DNA of 45,492 nucleotides from Macrostomum lignano (Eukaryota), in the NCBI GenBank assembly GCA_002269645.1, contig NIVC01001929.1, forward strand, positions 1 through 45,492. The letters run 5' to 3'. Under the pieces are notes generated by a model. The model was given only the letters and a program-made list of their open reading frames with translations, did not search any database and had not been told where the DNA came from. The translations under genes and the position numbers were made by a program. Positions 44,501-45,492 of the stretch are shown here, piece by piece (positions within the stretch are counted from its first letter, which is position 1; each line of letters starts with the position of its first letter).

Positions 44501-45492
44501 GTTGTAACGCTCATAATTTCAACCCTTTCAGCGGAGTCTGCATGCCGCCTGCGCGCAAAAAGGCGCTGCCGCCAGGACTGATGTTCATCGGGCACCGGCT
44601 GTCGATTTGCATCTTGGTGACCGACGCCAACCAGGCCTCCAGCTTTGCCACCTTCCAGTCGGTGATAGTAACTCCCGGCGGCATCTCGTCGCTGAACGAT
44701 TTGAACAACGAAATCACGGAGATCGAAAGCTCCACCGCTCTGGAAATATCAATCAACTAACGGGGGCCGTCTTGCCAATCCTAGCCGTTCTCAACACGGA
44801 CGCAGCAAATGGGCGACTACAAGGGCAGCATCGAGCACCTCACTAGTGAGACAATGGCAACGACAATTACTGGAGACTCAACAGCTACTACTGCCAGTAG
44901 CACGGTTTCAACCGCAACTACTACTGCAACAACTGCGTCAACATCAGCTAGCAGCTCAACCAGCAGCGCCACAACTGCGCCTTCGACCACGAGTGGCATC
45001 ACATCGGCCGAGCGCATGGCACTGAGGAATAAAATTTTGGACTATATAACAACCACCGTCGAAAACATGCTCAAACTCTGCAGCAATAGTGCAGCTCAAC
45101 AATATCATTCAAGCGACAGCGATGTACAACTATGCAACCTCTGTGCCGACGGAGCTGACGCCGCAGGGCATCGAGCGCAGCAGCAAGGGACTGTCGCTGG
45201 TTAGCCAGAGTCTACAGTCTGCAGTAAAGGAAGAGATTGTCACTTTTGACAGCGTGAAAGCCACGACTATCGACTTCATGCGAGCGGCCAGGAATGTGCT
45301 GCAGCCGACAGTGGAAAACCTGAAGGACATCAGCTTCTCGGAGCAATTCAACCAATCGTCAACTGACACCAAGAAGCAGCTCTCGAAGCCAGCGCTGGAC
45401 ATTATGCAGTCGATCGAGGACTGCGGCAAAGCGGTGGCAAAGAAGATTGTCACTCGAGACGCTGACACAGGTTATGCAAGCAGACGTCTAGT
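35586..45492 (+). CDS. Polycystin-1 / PKD1-like receptor (REJ family), 5' part: signal peptide, WSC-like domain, LDL-A-like Cys cluster, PKD repeats, REJ module, Ser/Thr-rich stretch, start of a GAIN-like helical region; incomplete at the window end
   Basis: Exons 35586-35658 (MALEQLLQFLLLVLVACG), 35737-35878 and 36387-36592 (CLLACRQIDYSFALWNNLTCQCSN, WSC-like), 37597-37767, 37880-38110, 38566-38732, 39411-40086 (CPDGSTYCYVSNACLAVGQSC), 40161-40354 (WNFTDG), 40447-43187 (LDFGDGT, ADFGDGH, WDFGDSS), 43328-43587 (CVSNC), 44002-44025 (microexon), 44114-44436 and 44532 to the end. Phases are consistent up to about 44335. Confidence 0.88.
35814..35827. promoter_or_regulatory. Perfect palindromic X-box inside coding exon 2 of the polycystin-1-like gene
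   Basis: GTTGCCATGGCAAC is a perfect 14-bp palindrome and also encodes V-A-M-A-T. Confidence 0.5.
35903..36331. repeat. 41-bp minisatellite (polycystin intron 2)
   Basis: Unit GATGGCTATAGATTAGCAATCCATTCTATTCCTTCATCCG(T/C), about 10 copies. Confidence 0.96.
36690..37540. repeat. About 32-bp minisatellite (polycystin intron 3)
   Basis: Unit GAGATGAGATGGGATTCGAATAGAGGAGTCGG, about 26 copies. Confidence 0.96.
38925..39283. mobile_element. Foldback MITE of about 360 bp with about 130-bp inverted arms (polycystin intron 6)
   Basis: 38925-39054 is the reverse complement of 39150-39283 at high identity, including a long shared block CAGTGACACCAGGAAGCTGGATTTG. An inner inverted pair reads GGGATAATTA / TAATTATCCC. 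Termini are GGGCC..GGCCC. Confidence 0.85.
43662..43925 (+). mobile_element. tRNA-derived CORE-like SINE, copy 3, internally deleted (in a polycystin intron)
   Basis: Same head (GCGTCTGACTCACGACTGAAAGGTCGGGGTTCGATTCC) and same 3' body (GGCGACCCCCCAGTCCTTGG..GCAATAGCTGCGGC). It lacks the CACCCAGCTGTAAAATGGG segment. Confidence 0.8.
44335..45075 (+). pseudogene. Frame-disrupted segment of the polycystin-1-like CDS (about 5 single-base indels; sequencing error or pseudogenisation)
   Basis: REJ/GAIN-like coding is continuous only if the frame changes near 44337 (to ASDSDEPLTYTIGY), within 44390-44436 (phase mismatch at intron 44437-44531), near 44750 (to NQLTGAVLPILAVLN), near 44808 (to MGDYKG) and near 45070 (to SNSAAIVQLNNIIQATAMYNY, open to the window end). 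In-frame stops lie at 44365, 44758, 44844 and 45202. Confidence 0.7.

Noticed and set aside
44668-44805. An intron that would bypass the stops at 44758 and 44782
   Set aside because: It is phase-compatible, but it would delete ..NQLTGAVLPILAVLN, which matches the conserved end of the REJ module. Indels explain the region better.

Overview
Eukaryotic (metazoan) genomic DNA with GC-rich exons and AT-rich or repeat-filled GT-AG introns. The style suggests a free-living flatworm such as Macrostomum, but that is inference only. I hand-assembled six protein-coding genes from splice sites and reading phase: (1) a single-coding-exon rhodopsin-class peptide-receptor-like GPCR (-); (2) a 6-exon SPARC/osteonectin-like gene (+); (3) a 10-exon atypical soluble guanylyl cyclase (-) with H-NOX, PAS/HNOBA, coiled coil, cyclase and a C-terminal CAAX; (4) a 3-exon protein with a C-terminal ubiquitin-like domain (-); (5) a 2-exon GPCR (+); (6) the 5' part of a polycystin-1-like gene (+; signal peptide, WSC, PKD repeats, REJ) that runs off the window and has about 5 frame disruptions in its last 1.2 kb. 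Non-coding DNA holds about 20 distinct tandem arrays, three copies of a tRNA-headed CORE-like SINE, two 3' fragments of one LINE family, three inverted-repeat (MITE/foldback) elements and a perfect 20-bp hairpin. Main points of interest: RFX X-boxes at the polycystin gene, including a perfect one inside a coding exon; Trp at the H-NOX ligand-discriminating position 145; a SPARC with a reversed EF-hand pattern; a ubiquitin-like domain ending in Ser-Gly; and nearly every cyclase intron filled by a different tandem array. No database searches were run. All family calls come from motif recognition.
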